Assembly (NCBI GenBank): GCA_964106645.2 | Contig: OZ067041.1 | Source: Podarcis pityusensis | Lineage: Eukaryota | Direction: 5' to 3' (one strand) | DNA length: 64,000 nucleotides | In this document: piece after piece, positions 61,038 through 64,000 of the stretch | Layout of the letters: each line of letters starts with the position of its first letter | Position numbering within the stretch: position 1 is the first letter of the stretch | The notes under the pieces: generated by a model | The model's input: the letters and a program-made list of their open reading frames with translations, nothing else | The model's database searches: none | Told to the model about the DNA's origin: nothing | Translations under genes and position numbers: made by a program

Positions 61038-62594
61038 AGGAGAGTGACTAGTGGGGTGCCACAGGGTTCTGTCTTGGGCCCGGTCTTATTCAACATCTTT
61101 ATCAACGACTTGGATGATGGACTCAAGGGCATCCTGATCAAATTTGCAGATGACACCAAACTGGGAGGGGTGAAGGACAGAACTTTCTTTATGTATGCCA
61201 CAACAGCAGCAAGAATACTTATTGCAAAGTACTGGAAGACACAAGATTTACCCACTCTGGAAGAATGGCAGATGAAGGTGATGGACTATATGGAATTGGC
61301 GGAAATGACTGGCAGAATCCGAAACCAGGGAGAAGAGTCGGTGGAAGAAGATTGGAAAAAGTTTAAAGACTATTTACAGAAATATTGTAAAATTAATGAA
61401 TGTTAGAATGATGTTGGATAGAAATTAAGTGGTTTTTAGCTGTAATACTATAAGGGGATATGAAAAATGGATTACGAATAGGTAAGAATGTTACAATATT
61501 TTAAGATTAAAGACTAGGATAAACAAAGAGGGGAAGGATTTGCTGAACTAACAAACTGAACTGGAATACAAAAAAGGGAGGCGTGAGGAGGTCCGGGAAA
61601 CAAGCTAATGAAAAATAAGTAATGGAAAGATTGAGTTGTTTTTTAACTATTTTTATTTTGTATTTTTCTTTTTTCTTTTTGTAATATTTTGAAAATTTTA
61701 ATAAATATCTTTAGGGGAAAAAACAAACTGGGAGGGGTGGCTAACACCCCAGAGGACAGGATCACACTTCAAAACGACCTTGACAGATTAGAGAACTGGG
61801 CCAAAACAAACAAGATGAATTTTAACAGGGAGAAATGTAAAGTATTGCACTTGGGCAAAAAAAATGAGAGGCACAAATACAAGATGGGGGACACCTGGCT
61901 TGAGAGCAGTACATGTGAAAAGGATCTAGGAGTCTTGGTTGACCACAAACTTGACATGAGCCAACAGTGTGACGCGGCAGCTAAAAAAGCCAATGCAATT
62001 CTGGGCTGCATCAATAGGAGTATAGTATCTAGATCAAGGGAAGTAATAGTGCCACTGTATTCTGCTCTGGTCAGACCTCACCTGGAGTACTGTGTCCAGT
62101 TCTGGGCACCACAGTTCAAGAAGGACACTGACAAACTGGAACGTGTCCAGAGGAGGGCAACCAAAATGGTCAAAGGCCTGGAAACGATGCCTTATGAGGA
62201 ACGGCTAAGGGAGCTGGGCATGTTTAGCCTGGAGAAGAGGAGGTTAAGGGGTGATATGATAGCCATGTTCCAATATATAAAAGGATGTCACATAGAGGAG
62301 GGAGAAAGGTTGTTTTCTGCTGCTCCAGAGAAGCGGGCACGGAGCAATGGATCCAAACTACAAGAAAGAAGATTCCACCTAAACATTAGGAAGAACTTCC
62401 TGACAGTAAGAGCTGTTTGACAGTGGAATTTGCTGCCAAGGAGTGTGGTGGAGTCTCCTTCTTTGGAGGTCTTTAAGCAGAGGCTTGACAACCATATGTC
62501 AGGAGTGCTCTGATGGTGTTTCCTGCTTGGCAGGGGGTTGGACTCGATGGCCCTTGTGGTCTCTTCCAACTCTATGATTCTATGATTCTATGAT
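61038..62594 (+). mobile_element. Young CR1 LINE (5'-truncated), split by an L1 insertion
   Basis: [35 protein letters not shown], continuing open in 61724-62420. (ATTCTATG)n tail. Possible TSD ATGATCT at 61031-37 and 62590-96. Confidence 0.96.
61173..61723 (+). mobile_element. L1-clade LINE 3' end inserted in CR1
   Basis: [29 protein letters not shown]-type peptide, AATAAA at 61700 and an A tail. 16-bp TSD CAAACTGGGAGGGGTG at 61157-72 and 61724-39. Confidence 0.92.
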
Positions 62595-63030
62595 CTCCCA
62601 CTCCATCAGAAAAAGCTGCAAATTTCTACTTGTGGATAAATGTTGTCAGTAAGCAGCCATCTCAAGACAATGACATATTCTACCCAACTATGGCCCCATC
62701 ATTTAAAGTGGTAAGGAATTTAAAGGGATTGGAATGGTACACTTTGGAACCACTGAAGGGCCTCAAATTGTGAAAAGAGGTCTGCTGAACTGGAGGCTTG
62801 AGAAAATGAACTTGCCAAGTTTGAAAACTTCTGAGCCTGCAATAAGCTGAGCCCCTATCTCTCCGATGTGTTGGCTCGGCTTGTAATGGGCTCAGGTGAT
62901 TCCTATTCCCATGGTTCCCAGAAGCACTGGTCACGGCACAACAGGTTTTAGCATCCCATGAGATCTCTCCAAAGTGTGCAAACCCTCCAGCCTCCCTCTG
63001 TCTCTTGGCAAGGCCATGTAGGAAGCAAAG

Positions 63031-63247
63031 CAGTAGTGTTCTGAGGGGGGGTCTGCCCTGGGTACCATTCCAAAGGGGGAGGGTTACAAAATGCCAACCC
63101 CCGATTGGGGGTACCCCCCGCAGTGGCGACACGCCTCTAGGACACCCACCCTGCCCCCTGGGACACGCATCCCATCCCCTGGGACACGCGCCATGCCTCC
63201 TGGGACAAGCACCACTCCGGGTACTGAAGCAGGTTGCTTCGCTACTT
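63031..63247. mobile_element. GC-rich non-autonomous DNA element with internal 21-bp minisatellite
   Basis: Degenerate termini CAGTAGTG / CGCTACT. About 4 units of GGACACGC..CCCCTG at 63140-63215. Confidence 0.5.
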
Positions 63248-63389
63248 AGGGACTGAGCAGCTGTCCTCAGATCCAGTCCTATCTGGACCTATCTGATTCA
63301 GGCCCAATCCGAATTGAGTCCCAGTTGAATGTAATCTCAGAACCTCTATCTATAATCTTTGAGCCCCCGTCTTCAGGGATTTTTTACCT

Positions 63390-63440
63390 ATGATTCCTGC
63401 ATTGCAGGGGTTGGAGGAGCCATTGGGGTCCCTTCCAACA
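63390..63440 (+). mobile_element. CR1 3' UTR relic
   Basis: GATTCCTGCATTGCAGGGGTTGGA..GGTCCCTTCCAAC. Confidence 0.65.
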
Positions 63441-64000
63441 AAGAAGAAGAAGAAGAAGTCCACTCTAATCCATATCAACTCATTGTGGTATAGTAGTAGG
63501 CTGTGAAGGCCCCCCTGCTGCAAAATAGCATTAATGGCATGTATGTGTTTTACTGGTGTGTCCTAGTATCACTTAGAGAAGTACATGAATGGTATACTTC
63601 TTTGCAGGGTGCCAATAATAAAGAACTGGTCTAGCATGTTACAAGATTAGATTCTAGAAAGTGGGGGCTTCAAGCTAAGCCACACACTGAAGTCAATCTT
63701 GCTGACTCTGGGAAACATGCTTTTAGAGGAAAATTTCAATTTCAGTTCTCAAACCCATAAGCTTAGAATATTTGCCCAGGTCACAAAACTTCAAATAAAA
63801 CTTAAGAATGTGCTAGATACTGCTTAAATGCTTTGCTTGGGTAGATTTCAGTGAGCAAATATTCATACATGCTCTCCGTTTTTTAAAAAAATGAACTCAG
63901 GCTTTGATGCAATGAGCAAGATAATTGCTTGAAAGAAATGATGAGTTAAAATTTCCAAAAATATTTTCTGAGGAAGGTAAGGCATTGCATGTTTTTGTGA

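Noticed and set aside
61689-62420. Longest ORF (243 aa) as a host gene
   Set aside because: It is CR1 ORF2 C-terminus from a 5'-truncated, interrupted copy. The start codon comes from the L1 tail.
62680-63132. 150-aa minus-strand ORF
   Set aside because: No recognisable domain, starts inside a GC-rich DNA element and lacks splice support.

Overview
Vertebrate nuclear DNA, almost certainly from a squamate. The Sauria/Squam1 SINEs, Squam3-like SINE, Bov-B, young CR1 and Tc1/mariner MITEs point to a lacertid lizard. The window is mostly intronic or intergenic and rich in transposable elements, with no long host ORF. Nearly all ORFs in the track are chance ORFs or TE fragments. Family names are recalled from consensus motifs, not from a database search. 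The best-supported observation is a three-level nest with every target-site duplication (TSD) intact: a 28-nt 5' fragment of U6 snRNA (17-bp TSD) sits in a Tc1/mariner MITE (TA TSD), which sits in the tail of an L1-clade LINE (16-bp TSD). An uninterrupted copy of the same MITE at 27.6 kb shows the empty site. At least six more TSD-proven nested insertions are present. These include an L1 3' end fused in frame just after the FADD catalytic motif of a young CR1, and a solo LTR inside an L2 tail. There is also an unexplained perfect 52-bp direct repeat 1.6 kb apart. Host-gene signals are tentative: a 12-nt and a 25-nt microexon candidate splice in frame to a candidate terminal exon with a poly(A) signal (3.8-9.4 kb), and a candidate first exon ends in ATG|GTAAG at 15,046. 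No gene could be named, and I found no convincing wholly new biological system.
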